From: Minisyncoccota bacterium
GTDB taxonomy: Bacteria > Patescibacteriota > Minisyncoccia > Phycocordibacterales > CAJBRS01
Direction of reading: 5' to 3'
Length of the DNA: 64,000 bases
Assembly: GCA_035652395.1 (NCBI GenBank)
Contig: DASRDX010000009.1
Location: 144,411-208,410 of the forward strand
Numbering within the stretch: the stretch's first letter is position 1; each line of letters begins with the position of its first letter. Of this stretch, positions 17,499 through 26,128 are shown one piece after another. The notes below the pieces were generated by a model that ran no database searches, had not been told where the DNA came from, and saw only the letters and a program-made list of their open reading frames with translations. The position numbers and the translations under genes are program-made.

Positions 17499-17918
17499 AT
17501 GTGTTATTATATTTTCATGGATTACGACGGTCCTAGCGCGGATAAATCTGAAAACGAGACCCCGGTAAAAGAAACTTATTATTACGCTGAACCGATCAGA
17601 GTTCTCTTTTTCATTGCCGCCATTATTATGCTGATCTGCTTTCCGCTTTTCAGTAACGTCATCAGTCTCAATATAATTTTTGTTTTATTCGGCATCATGT
17701 TAATCATCCTGGCCGGTTTTACCAATCGGAAATGGAAAACTGTTTTCTACATTAATGCCATTCTCTCACTTTTTATCATTGCGGTTCTAGAAGTTATTTC
17801 TCTTAATCTAAAGTTTAGTGATCATCCGTTTCTCGTACTCTTAAATCAGATATTAGCTTTATTGTTTGTGATTTCTCTCTATTTCTGTCTACGAACTATT
17901 AGAGGGTTTCTATTTTAG
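17499..17918 (+). CDS. membrane protein (139 aa, about 4 TM)
   Basis: ORF with several hydrophobic segments. Confidence 0.5.
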   Translation: MCYYIFMDYDGPSADKSENETPVKETYYYAEPIRVLFFIAAIIMLICFPLFSNVISLNIIFVLFGIMLIILAGFTNRKWKTVFYINAILSLFIIAVLEVISLNLKFSDHPFLVLLNQILALLFVISLYFCLRTIRGFLF

Positions 17919-18073
17919 AATTCCCCTCCTTTTCCACACCTTATTCAGTCTTTATCCACCTTTATCTTTGACAAGAAGAGTTTCTCAGCGTAGAACTAGT
18001 AGTTACTAGTATTGACTAGAGGGATTATTAATAATCACGCAGAAATAAGCTTATTTCTGTCCTAAAATAATTT

Positions 18074-21000
18074 ATGAACAGGGCCAATCATTGGATCGCC
18101 AAAAATATTTTGGCTGGTCTCACCATCTTTTTATTAGTAGCTTCTTTATTTAGCGTCATTCCTTTCTCACAAGCGGTGGCGCAGTCTGATGAAAGTTCGG
18201 TAGCAACTGATGACACACAGTCAATCTTGCCGCCCGATCAGACAGAGACTGATCCTCCAAAAGATGAATCAGTAACCAATCCTTCGGTGGTTGAAGAAGA
18301 GACTGTTGCAGACACTACCACTACTACCACCTTTACTAATCCTTGCCCCGATTTTGATAATGACAACGTTGTTACGCAGGACGACGTCGATTTTGTAAAA
18401 GCTCATTCTGGCACCGCCGGAGGTTTTGATGTCGGCGACGCGAATGGAGATGGATCAGTGAATTCGGGAGATATTTCCTACACAAAAAGTCAATTAGGAA
18501 GAACCTGTAAAATAACCGTTACCATCATTAAATATATTGATGGCTCAAAGGCCACCCCTGAAAGCGCCGACAATGCCTCTTTCAACATGACGGCTACCTG
18601 GAATGCCGAGAACATCGGTGCTGGGAGTGGCTCTTTTGACTTAGATGCCGATGGATTCAATGGTGATTCTACCCCTTATCAGGCTATTACTTCCGAAATG
18701 ACTTCAGGCGCTGACTACAGCGTGGTGGAAAATAACGTACCTTCTTCCTGTAGCGATACAAGCGGGTACTCTCTTGATGGTTATAAAGTTGGCGATTCAG
18801 AATCGGACGCCCTCGCTAGCAGCACCCAAAATTCGGCTAATCTCAGTGATATCGCCAACAATATGTATATTTTGGTCATGAATCACAACTGTGCCTCCAC
18901 GGAGATTCTTCCTTGTCCTGACTTTGATCATGATCATATTGTAACTGACGCTGACGTTGATTTTGCCAGAGCCCACGCTCTCACCGTTGGCGGAGGCTTT
19001 GACGTAGGGGATGTGACCGGCGATGGCCGAGTAGATTCTGCAGACGTTACTTACACAAGAAGCCAATTAGGAAGAGTGTGCCAAGTTATCTCTGGAATGA
19101 AATGGAATGACGTAAACGGCGACGGTCAAATAAACAATGAAGAAACCGGTCTTCCTGGTTGGACCATTACTCTATTAAATTCAGATGGAAACGAAATAAC
19201 TTCTACTACCACTGATTCCTCAGGCAACTATTCATTTAATGATTTAGATCTCGGAACTTATTATGTATGTGAATCTCCACAAGACGGCTGGCAACAGACA
19301 TACCCCACTGACAATTATGGTTGCGAGAACGGAACTGAAGGCTACAGTCTAAGTATTGAAAGCGCCAGTGACAATAATGGAAATATTAACTTTGGTAATC
19401 AGGTAATTCCGTGTGAATTAAATCAGACATCCACAGATGTGGTTAGTGATGAAAGTACTCAAGTAGATGGCCACGATTCTGTTGCCGTCACTCCACATCC
19501 TGCCTGGACTTCTATTCCAGATGCTACTTGGATTTGGGCCGAGGCCTTAGATCAAAATGGCTCCTCTCCAGCTGAAACTAAAGAATTCACCAAAGCCTTT
19601 AACATTTCCGGCACTCCGCTCAATTCAGTTCTAAAAATTGCTGCAGACAATTACTACTCCCTAATGGTTAATGGTAATCCATTTGATACGGGTACTTCTG
19701 CCACGGACTTGGATAACTTTAGCTCTGCTGATACATGGAATATTCCGGCCGCCTCTCTTCAGTCAGGAAACAACACTTTCAGTTTTACTGTCACCAACCC
19801 AGGCACCAATCCTGACAACGGTCAGCCATTCGGCGATCCAAACCCTGCCGGTCTCGATTACAAATTGACTGTTAATAGCAACGGCTGTAATCCTCCTGAA
19901 CCGACATTTGTAAAAGTTCATATCTACAAATATGTAGGTGATAGCGAGGAATCTTCGCAGGTACCTGATGACTCCGCCGACACTCCATTTCCGATGAATG
20001 CCACCTGGCATGCAACAAATCTAGACGGGGGAGCCACTTCTTCAGCAGACTATGTCCTCGGAAATCATCATGGAGGAGCGACTTCAACATTCGCCGCCGA
20101 TACTTCTCCAATGCAGACTCCGGTCATCTTCTACCATACATATGAGAAGACCACGGCCGACGACCAATCCAGTCAGGTTGTTCCAACTAATTCCGAAGTT
20201 TGTCCGGCAGGAGATTTCCGATTACTCGGGTATCGATCCGGCAACTCTCTTGCGGAAGCAGAAAATGCAGAACTCACCACCGATTCTCCTAATTATGAAG
20301 GCTTCAGTCAGGATAAGTTCCTGATTGTCGTAAACCAGCCTTGTCCTCCAGATGAAGGAGGAGAGGGAGATCAAGCCACTCTGACAATCGTTAAAAATAC
20401 GCAAAGTGGGAATGGCACCTTTACCTTCAACCTTTCGGGGGATACTTCTACTTCCACGAACGTTACTACTACTGCAGGTACTGGCACGGTCACCCTTAAC
20501 CTCAACGACGGCACCACTACTATTTCGGAGATTTCACAAAATGGTTGGACTTTGGCTAGCTCAAGCTGCCAATACGATAACGAATCAATTGGGATTTCTG
20601 TACCCAACGGAGAGACCGTTGTGGTAGATGATGGCGACCATGTCACTTGTACTTTCACCAATACCAAGAGCACGGGCTGGATTAACGGTTTGAAATTTAA
20701 TGACCAAAACAGTAACAGTATTCGGGATGAAGGAGAGCCGGGTTTACCTGATTGGGGAATCAATCTTTCGCGAGTAGTTACCAATGAAGATGAATCAACT
20801 TCAACTGAATTGGTGGCCACCACCACTACTGATTCTAGCGGCAATTGGAGTTTCCCACCTCAAAGCTGGGGCACCTACATTATTACGGAAACACAGCAAA
20901 GTGGCTGGACCCAGACGGCTCCAACATCAACGTCCTTCACTATTAGCATCACTCCTTGCTTCTCCATATTCTCTATTGATTTCGTTGGCTTCTGCGGAGA

Positions 21001-21526
21001 CATTAATACGGATATAAACGGTAATCCTCTCTACTTCGGTAATCATCAGAATCCTACTGACAACAATAACGGAGGTGGGGGTGGTGGAGGAGGTGGTTCG
21101 GTTACAACTTCAGTCATTGGCGGCTTCGGCGGCCCAAGCGGTGGTAATATTGGCCAGGTTTTGGGAACCAGCACCGGACCGATGGCTGACCAGGGAGGAC
21201 CTCTGACATGTTCCGCCTATCTTCTAAAATACATGCGATACGGGCGATCAAATGATCCGGTAGAAGTAAAGAAACTCCAGGCATTCTTGAATGAATTCCA
21301 GAATGCCGGACTGCCGGTAACAGGATTCTTCGGCAAGCTAACTTTAGCGGCTGTGAAAATATTCCAAGTAGCTCAAGAAGCCTTCATTCGAAATCCATGG
21401 GGCCAAGCCGGAGTACCTATTAGTAATAGTGAGTGGCCAACCGGATACGTCTACAAGACTACCTTGCATCGAATTAATGAATTGAAATGTGCGAGCTTGA
21501 ATGCTCCGATTCCGCAGCTGCCTTAA
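18074..21526 (+). CDS. giant surface protein: signal/TM segment, two dockerin-like Ca-binding modules, Cna-B/SdrD-B-like domains, poly-Gly linker, C-terminal peptidoglycan-binding domain
   Basis: The motif PCPDFD.D..VT..DVDF..AH...GGFDVGD..GDG.V.S.D..YT.SQLGR.C occurs twice. GLPGW...SDG....TTTDSSGN(Y/W)SF occurs twice. A GGGGGGGGG run follows. The C-terminal LKYMRYGRSNDPVEVKKLQAFLN...GFFGKLTLAAVKIFQ matches PG_binding_1. Confidence 0.85.
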   Translation: MNRANHWIAKNILAGLTIFLLVASLFSVIPFSQAVAQSDESSVATDDTQSILPPDQTETDPPKDESVTNPSVVEEETVADTTTTTTFTNPCPDFDNDNVVTQDDVDFVKAHSGTAGGFDVGDANGDGSVNSGDISYTKSQLGRTCKITVTIIKYIDGSKATPESADNASFNMTATWNAENIGAGSGSFDLDADGFNGDSTPYQAITSEMTSGADYSVVENNVPSSCSDTSGYSLDGYKVGDSESDALASSTQNSANLSDIANNMYILVMNHNCASTEILPCPDFDHDHIVTDADVDFARAHALTVGGGFDVGDVTGDGRVDSADVTYTRSQLGRVCQVISGMKWNDVNGDGQINNEETGLPGWTITLLNSDGNEITSTTTDSSGNYSFNDLDLGTYYVCESPQDGWQQTYPTDNYGCENGTEGYSLSIESASDNNGNINFGNQVIPCELNQTSTDVVSDESTQVDGHDSVAVTPHPAWTSIPDATWIWAEALDQNGSSPAETKEFTKAFNISGTPLNSVLKIAADNYYSLMVNGNPFDTGTSATDLDNFSSADTWNIPAASLQSGNNTFSFTVTNPGTNPDNGQPFGDPNPAGLDYKLTVNSNGCNPPEPTFVKVHIYKYVGDSEESSQVPDDSADTPFPMNATWHATNLDGGATSSADYVLGNHHGGATSTFAADTSPMQTPVIFYHTYEKTTADDQSSQVVPTNSEVCPAGDFRLLGYRSGNSLAEAENAELTTDSPNYEGFSQDKFLIVVNQPCPPDEGGEGDQATLTIVKNTQSGNGTFTFNLSGDTSTSTNVTTTAGTGTVTLNLNDGTTTISEISQNGWTLASSSCQYDNESIGISVPNGETVVVDDGDHVTCTFTNTKSTGWINGLKFNDQNSNSIRDEGEPGLPDWGINLSRVVTNEDESTSTELVATTTTDSSGNWSFPPQSWGTYIITETQQSGWTQTAPTSTSFTISITPCFSIFSIDFVGFCGDINTDINGNPLYFGNHQNPTDNNNGGGGGGGGGSVTTSVIGGFGGPSGGNIGQVLGTSTGPMADQGGPLTCSAYLLKYMRYGRSNDPVEVKKLQAFLNEFQNAGLPVTGFFGKLTLAAVKIFQVAQEAFIRNPWGQAGVPISNSEWPTGYVYKTTLHRINELKCASLNAPIPQLP

Positions 21527-21555
21527 GGTAATTAGGGCGGGAAGCGGGGAAGGAA

Positions 21556-21594
21556 GGGCGGCGCCTATTGTTCCGGCGCCGCCCTTTCAATTTC
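21556..21594 (+). terminator. intrinsic terminator: gggcggcgcc...ggcgccgccc followed by TTTCAATTTC
   Basis: 10-bp GC stem with a 9-nt loop, then a T-rich tract. Confidence 0.6.
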
Positions 21595-21619
21595 ATAAAT
21601 CCATGGTATAATATGAAAA

Positions 21620-22645
21620 ATGCTAAAGAAGCTTTTCATTCCTCACCGCCACAACGACTATAAGCCCCACATTCTGCGGGAATTTTCGGTACTCGTCATG
21701 CTTCTCCTAATTGTAGTGGTCTTTGCCGGCTCTTTAGTAGTCTCTCACTTCGTCGGTACCAGCAGCCTGACGGCTGACATCTATTCAGCGGTTATTGTCA
21801 GCCTGACGAATCAGGACAGAGCAGCCACTAATCTTTCTGTTCTTAGTCCGAACCCGCTTTTAGCAGCCGCTGCTCAGCAAAAAGCTAACGACATGGCCGC
21901 CCGCGGTTATTTTTCTCACATTAGTCCCGATGGGCTGACTCCTTGGTACTGGATGTCGCAGGCTGGCTACCCTTATCTGTATGCCGGCGAAAATCTAGCC
22001 GTTGATTTTACCGACTCAAATGATGTGGAGAGAGCTTGGATGAATTCACCACTTCACCGGGAAAATATTTTAAACGGTCATTTCACCGAGATTGGAATTG
22101 GCATCGCCAAGGGTAATCTAAATGGCCGACCAACTACTTTTGTAGTACAGATGTTTGGTTCACCAAAACCAACCACGGTCGTAGCCTCAACACCTGAAAC
22201 CATTGTTACGACTTCCACCGTTACCACTTCCAGTACTCCTCGAGTTGTGATTGCAGCAATCAAACCCAAAAATAAAGTGGTTCCTGCCCAAGTCATTACG
22301 GTTTCAAGTAGCCCGACCTTTATCGCCGTCAAAAGTGTAGAAGGAGAATCTATTTCACCAGCTACTACAGAAACTAACGTAGCCACTAATTCTGTCTCTA
22401 TAAGTTCTATTAAATCCGGAGGTAATTGGTTTGAAAGAAGTTTCAGTAATCCTGCTGAGACTGCTAGAAATATTTACCTAGCCCTGGCCGCTTTTGTGAT
22501 ACTTTCGTTGCTTCTTTTTATTTTTATCGAATGGCGCATCCAGCATCCGAAAAATATCGCCTATGGTGTCTTGATTTTAGTTATCATCCTAAGCGCCACC
22601 TACATTAACTGGGTGATTTTCTTCCCGTCAGTATCGGTTGTATAA
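21620..22645 (+). CDS. CAP/SCP (YkwD-like) domain protein with N- and C-terminal TM segments
   Basis: CAP core AAAQQKANDMAARGYFSHISPDG...GENLA...AWMNSPLHRENIL...TEIGIG. Confidence 0.75.
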   Translation: MLKKLFIPHRHNDYKPHILREFSVLVMLLLIVVVFAGSLVVSHFVGTSSLTADIYSAVIVSLTNQDRAATNLSVLSPNPLLAAAAQQKANDMAARGYFSHISPDGLTPWYWMSQAGYPYLYAGENLAVDFTDSNDVERAWMNSPLHRENILNGHFTEIGIGIAKGNLNGRPTTFVVQMFGSPKPTTVVASTPETIVTTSTVTTSSTPRVVIAAIKPKNKVVPAQVITVSSSPTFIAVKSVEGESISPATTETNVATNSVSISSIKSGGNWFERSFSNPAETARNIYLALAAFVILSLLLFIFIEWRIQHPKNIAYGVLILVIILSATYINWVIFFPSVSVV

Positions 22646-22675
22646 TTTAATCGATTATTAGCTAAATTTATTCTT

Positions 22676-23383
22676 ATGAAAAGATCTAATTTAAAAGCTG
22701 GTTTAGGACCGTTAATTATTATTTTGATCGTGGCAGTAGCCTTGGCCTTGGGCGGAGGAGTTTATTACAGTGTTCATCACGCTCCAGCCACTACGGTTTC
22801 CAATGATACTTCTGCGAATGTAAGTGTTTCAGGTCAAGCCTCTAACGGTACCCTTAGGAATCTACTCGCTATGGGCAAGAATGTTATGTGTACTATCGAC
22901 GAGAGCACCGCAAGCTCTAGTTTAATGGGTACCATGTATATTGCCGGCACTAATATGAGGGGAGATTTCACCTCGAGTTTTAATGGATCGGCGAAGCTGG
23001 ATTCACACATGATTAGAAATGGAGATATTATGTACGCCTGGAGCGGCTCACAAGGAGCAAAAATGACTTACAACACCAGTGACATGAGCAATGCTTCTGC
23101 CAATTCCAAGAGTCAGAGCAATGTAAATCTTGATCAAAAAGTAAATTATCATTGTTCGAGCTGGTCACCGGATAATTCCAAGTTCAGTGCGCCTACCAAC
23201 GTCAATTTCATTGACATAAATGCCGCTATGCACGGAGCGGCAGGTGTAAGCGGAAATGGGAATGCGGGAACAGGAACAAAAGCAAATGTTAGTGCCGGAG
23301 CTTCTGTTTCTGCTCAATGCAGTGCCTGCGCTTCTCTTAGTGGCAATGCTAAGAGTCAGTGTTTGCTAGCATTGCATTGTTAA
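22676..23383 (+). CDS. secreted hypothetical protein (paralog of 61031..61594)
   Basis: N-terminal TM or signal segment; shares CTID...GTMYIAGTNMRGDF...MIRNGDIMYAWSG...NVNLDQKVNYHCSSW..KF.AP.NV.FIDI blocks with 61031..61594. Confidence 0.65.
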   Translation: MKRSNLKAGLGPLIIILIVAVALALGGGVYYSVHHAPATTVSNDTSANVSVSGQASNGTLRNLLAMGKNVMCTIDESTASSSLMGTMYIAGTNMRGDFTSSFNGSAKLDSHMIRNGDIMYAWSGSQGAKMTYNTSDMSNASANSKSQSNVNLDQKVNYHCSSWSPDNSKFSAPTNVNFIDINAAMHGAAGVSGNGNAGTGTKANVSAGASVSAQCSACASLSGNAKSQCLLALHC

Positions 23384-23407
23384 GAGTTTAGAGTCTTGAA
23401 ATTAGAA

Positions 23408-23440
23408 GAGAGGGCTGCCGACGGCAGCCCTCTCTTTGTT
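23408..23440 (+). terminator. intrinsic terminator: gagagggctgcc-gac-ggcagccctctc followed by TTTGTT
   Basis: Perfect 12-bp stem, then a T-run. Confidence 0.7.
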
Positions 23441-23451
23441 ATAATAATTAA

Positions 23452-24183
23452 ATGTTCCAGCCAACTTGGAAAATTAAGGCAACGATAATTGCGCTTACCA
23501 TGCTTCTTAGTGGTTTCATTTATCTTCAAGTTCACTCTCAAAACTTACCACCTAACCTTGAATATTTGAGACTTGATCAGCTTTTCGGTCTCACCGCTCT
23601 TTTTTATTTGATCGTAGTAATGATGGCCGGTCCGCTTTATCGCCTTTTTCCCAATCTACCAACCAAGAATCTTCACCGGGCATCTCTAGGAGGCCTGGGT
23701 ATTTCTACTTTTTATTTAGCTTTTCTTCATTTTCTCTGCGGCTTTTTCGGTACTCTTAAGGGTTTTGCCGGTTTACCTTTTTTAACTCCAGTCTATTTAA
23801 TAGCCTTTATTCTGGGTCTAATTGCCTTAATTATTCTCGCTATAATGGCCAGCATTTCTTTTAAATGGGCCATGGTTAAATTAGGTAGCAAATGGAAATC
23901 CATTCAGCGGCTGGTGTATGTGGCTGCCATCGCCTTGTTAATTCATCCGATTTTAATTGGGGATGACTTTAGAGATTTCACTCATCCGACCGCCTTTTTC
24001 TTTATCTTGGCAGTGGTGATTTTAATTTTGCTGTATGCTCTCAGTACCTACCGGCATTTAGTTAGCAAATATCCGAATGTTTCCCGCCAACTCTGGAGCC
24101 TTTCACTCTCAATTGTCTTAATCGGCGGTTTTTATTTATTATTCTTATTGCATGGATACATCAATGGCGGGCACCATCACTAA
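23452..24183 (+). CDS. polytopic membrane protein with conserved His (possibly CopD-like)
   Basis: Six or more hydrophobic helices and a C-terminal HHH; it sits next to the putative CopC-like and YcnI-like genes. Confidence 0.55.
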   Translation: MFQPTWKIKATIIALTMLLSGFIYLQVHSQNLPPNLEYLRLDQLFGLTALFYLIVVMMAGPLYRLFPNLPTKNLHRASLGGLGISTFYLAFLHFLCGFFGTLKGFAGLPFLTPVYLIAFILGLIALIILAIMASISFKWAMVKLGSKWKSIQRLVYVAAIALLIHPILIGDDFRDFTHPTAFFFILAVVILILLYALSTYRHLVSKYPNVSRQLWSLSLSIVLIGGFYLLFLLHGYINGGHHH

Positions 24184-24739
24184 TTCATTCAAAGCTCTCT
24201 GTCTAATAGTCCTTTGCTTCGGCTTTTTCTTGGCTGTCGAAAAAGCCGATGCCCATTTTATTTTAGTAGATGATCAGATTGGGGCTATTCTTCATATTGA
24301 TCCGAATGATTCACCAGTAGCTAACTCACCGAGTACTTTTAATTTCTCCTTTAAAGACCCTAGCAACCGACTTGATCTAAGAAAGTGTGATTGCACTTTT
24401 AGCATTATCAGTAATGGTAGTCCGATTTATACCGCTAAACTTAGCGCTGATCCGAACATTCAATTCTCGGCCACCGAGGCCAGTTTTCAGTTTACTCTAC
24501 CCGAGACGGGCATTTACACCCTAATCATGGAAGGAAAACCGATGGCACCGGTCGATTTTCAATCTTTTAAATTAAGTTATGACCTTCGGGTAGATCAGAG
24601 GGCAGAGACGGGAGGAGCGCCTTCGGCGCTCCTCCAATTCCTTGCCGGCCACAGTCTCCACTACATTCTCTTTGGGGGAGCAATCCTGATCTCCCTCTAC
24701 ATTATTATTCGTGACATCAGGCGAAATAAAAAGATATAA
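24152..24739 (+). CDS. secreted protein with predicted N-terminal His after signal-peptide cleavage and a C-terminal TM anchor (possibly CopC-like)
   Basis: Signal peptide ...LAVEKADA followed by HFILVDD; beta-rich; C-terminal anchor ILFGGAILISLYIII; the true start may be M at 24164. Confidence 0.5.
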   Translation: MDTSMAGTITNSFKALCLIVLCFGFFLAVEKADAHFILVDDQIGAILHIDPNDSPVANSPSTFNFSFKDPSNRLDLRKCDCTFSIISNGSPIYTAKLSADPNIQFSATEASFQFTLPETGIYTLIMEGKPMAPVDFQSFKLSYDLRVDQRAETGGAPSALLQFLAGHSLHYILFGGAILISLYIIIRDIRRNKKI

Positions 24740-25343
24740 TGATTATATGAAAAAGATTTACGTAATGTTTGTTTCTATATTATTTTTCGGTTTTTTCAGC
24801 GCGGCGAGTGCTCACGTAGTAGTTAAACCAAACGAGGTGGGAATTGGCAGTTTTCAGACTTTTGTCATGGGGGTACCGGCAGAGAAAGATTTACCAACCG
24901 TCGGATTAAAACTTTTAATTCCAGATGGTCTGACTTTTGTCAGTCCGAATGTAAAACCCGGTTGGAAAATCAACATCCTTAAAGAAGGTACTGGAGAGAA
25001 TGCCAAAATAACAGCTATTGAGTGGTTTGGCGGATCGATTCCCGCAGGTGAGCGCGATGATTTTTACTTTAGCGCCAAGGTACCTGCTACCTCTACTGCT
25101 CTTTCTTGGCGAGCTTATCAGACATATAGTGATGGTTCTGTGGTTTCGTGGGATCATGATCCGTCCGAAAACATCACGGACTTCTCCCAATCTGGACCAT
25201 ACAGCCAGACAAAAGTTGTAGATGATTTAAACCCGACTCCTTCAGTTTCAAAAACAAATAGCACCACTTTAACTATTAGTTTGGTAGCCTTAGTATTTTC
25301 TCTGATGGCTTTGGCCAGAGCACGTAGAGCCACTCATTCTTGA
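24711..25343 (+). CDS. YcnI-like (DUF1775) copper-binding protein with C-terminal TM anchor
   Basis: Signal peptide ...SAASA followed by HVVVKPNEVGIGSFQTFVMGVPAEKD; KPGWKINILKEG...ITAIEWFGGSIPAGERDDFYF is typical of DUF1775. Confidence 0.65.
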   Translation: MTSGEIKRYNDYMKKIYVMFVSILFFGFFSAASAHVVVKPNEVGIGSFQTFVMGVPAEKDLPTVGLKLLIPDGLTFVSPNVKPGWKINILKEGTGENAKITAIEWFGGSIPAGERDDFYFSAKVPATSTALSWRAYQTYSDGSVVSWDHDPSENITDFSQSGPYSQTKVVDDLNPTPSVSKTNSTTLTISLVALVFSLMALARARRATHS

Positions 25344-25400
25344 TTTAAAGCTAAAATTTGGTATGGTGAAAAACATCCCTTCGGCTAACCGAAGGGTAAG

Positions 25401-26072
25401 TTGTCTAAAATGCCTGAAGAAAATAAAAATTCAGAAAGCGTCGGAGAAATCAAAGTACCGATTTATCGCCGTCCTATTTTTCGGAATATTATTATTGGGG
25501 CAATAATTTTAGTTATTGCGATCGGTTTTATTTACTGGTTTTCTAATCGCAATAAAATTTCTACCGATAACGCTACCGTTTCCGCTCCGGAAATTGCCTT
25601 AAGCGCCGACACGCCGGGCATTTTACGGGAACTTTATGTCCGGGAAGGGGACATTGTTACCCCGAATCAGGCGGTGGCACGAGTGGGCGATCAATTAATA
25701 AAGACCAATGTCGGAGGTGTAGTAGTCAAAACTACCGATACTATCGGTACTCTATTTAATCCGGGACAAGCAGTTGTGACGATGGTTAATCCGAATGATT
25801 TACGAGTACTGGCCAATGTGGATGAAAATAAAGGCTTAGTTCGAATCAGCGCCGGTAACAGGGTGGTATTTACGGTGGATGCTTTCGGTTCGCGCAAATT
25901 TGAGGGAACTGTTGAGTCTGTTATTCCATCGGCAGTAGAATCACAGGTAGTTTTTAATGTTTCTGACAAGCGAGAAACTCGGCAATTTACGGTGAAAATT
26001 AAATACGATGTTGATGCTTATCCGGAAATTCTAAACGGGATGTCGGCCAAGGTGACTATATATACAAAATAG
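25401..26072 (+). CDS. HlyD/EmrA-family membrane fusion protein (short)
   Basis: N-terminal TM segment, then biotinyl-lipoyl-like DNATVSAPEIALSADTPGILRELYVREGDIV, then a beta-barrel region. Confidence 0.65.
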   Translation: MSKMPEENKNSESVGEIKVPIYRRPIFRNIIIGAIILVIAIGFIYWFSNRNKISTDNATVSAPEIALSADTPGILRELYVREGDIVTPNQAVARVGDQLIKTNVGGVVVKTTDTIGTLFNPGQAVVTMVNPNDLRVLANVDENKGLVRISAGNRVVFTVDAFGSRKFEGTVESVIPSAVESQVVFNVSDKRETRQFTVKIKYDVDAYPEILNGMSAKVTIYTK

Positions 26073-26128
26073 AGGGGGCAGAGAGTAAGGAGAAGTAGTC
26101 GCCGCGAAGCGGCGACTAAAACAATCTA

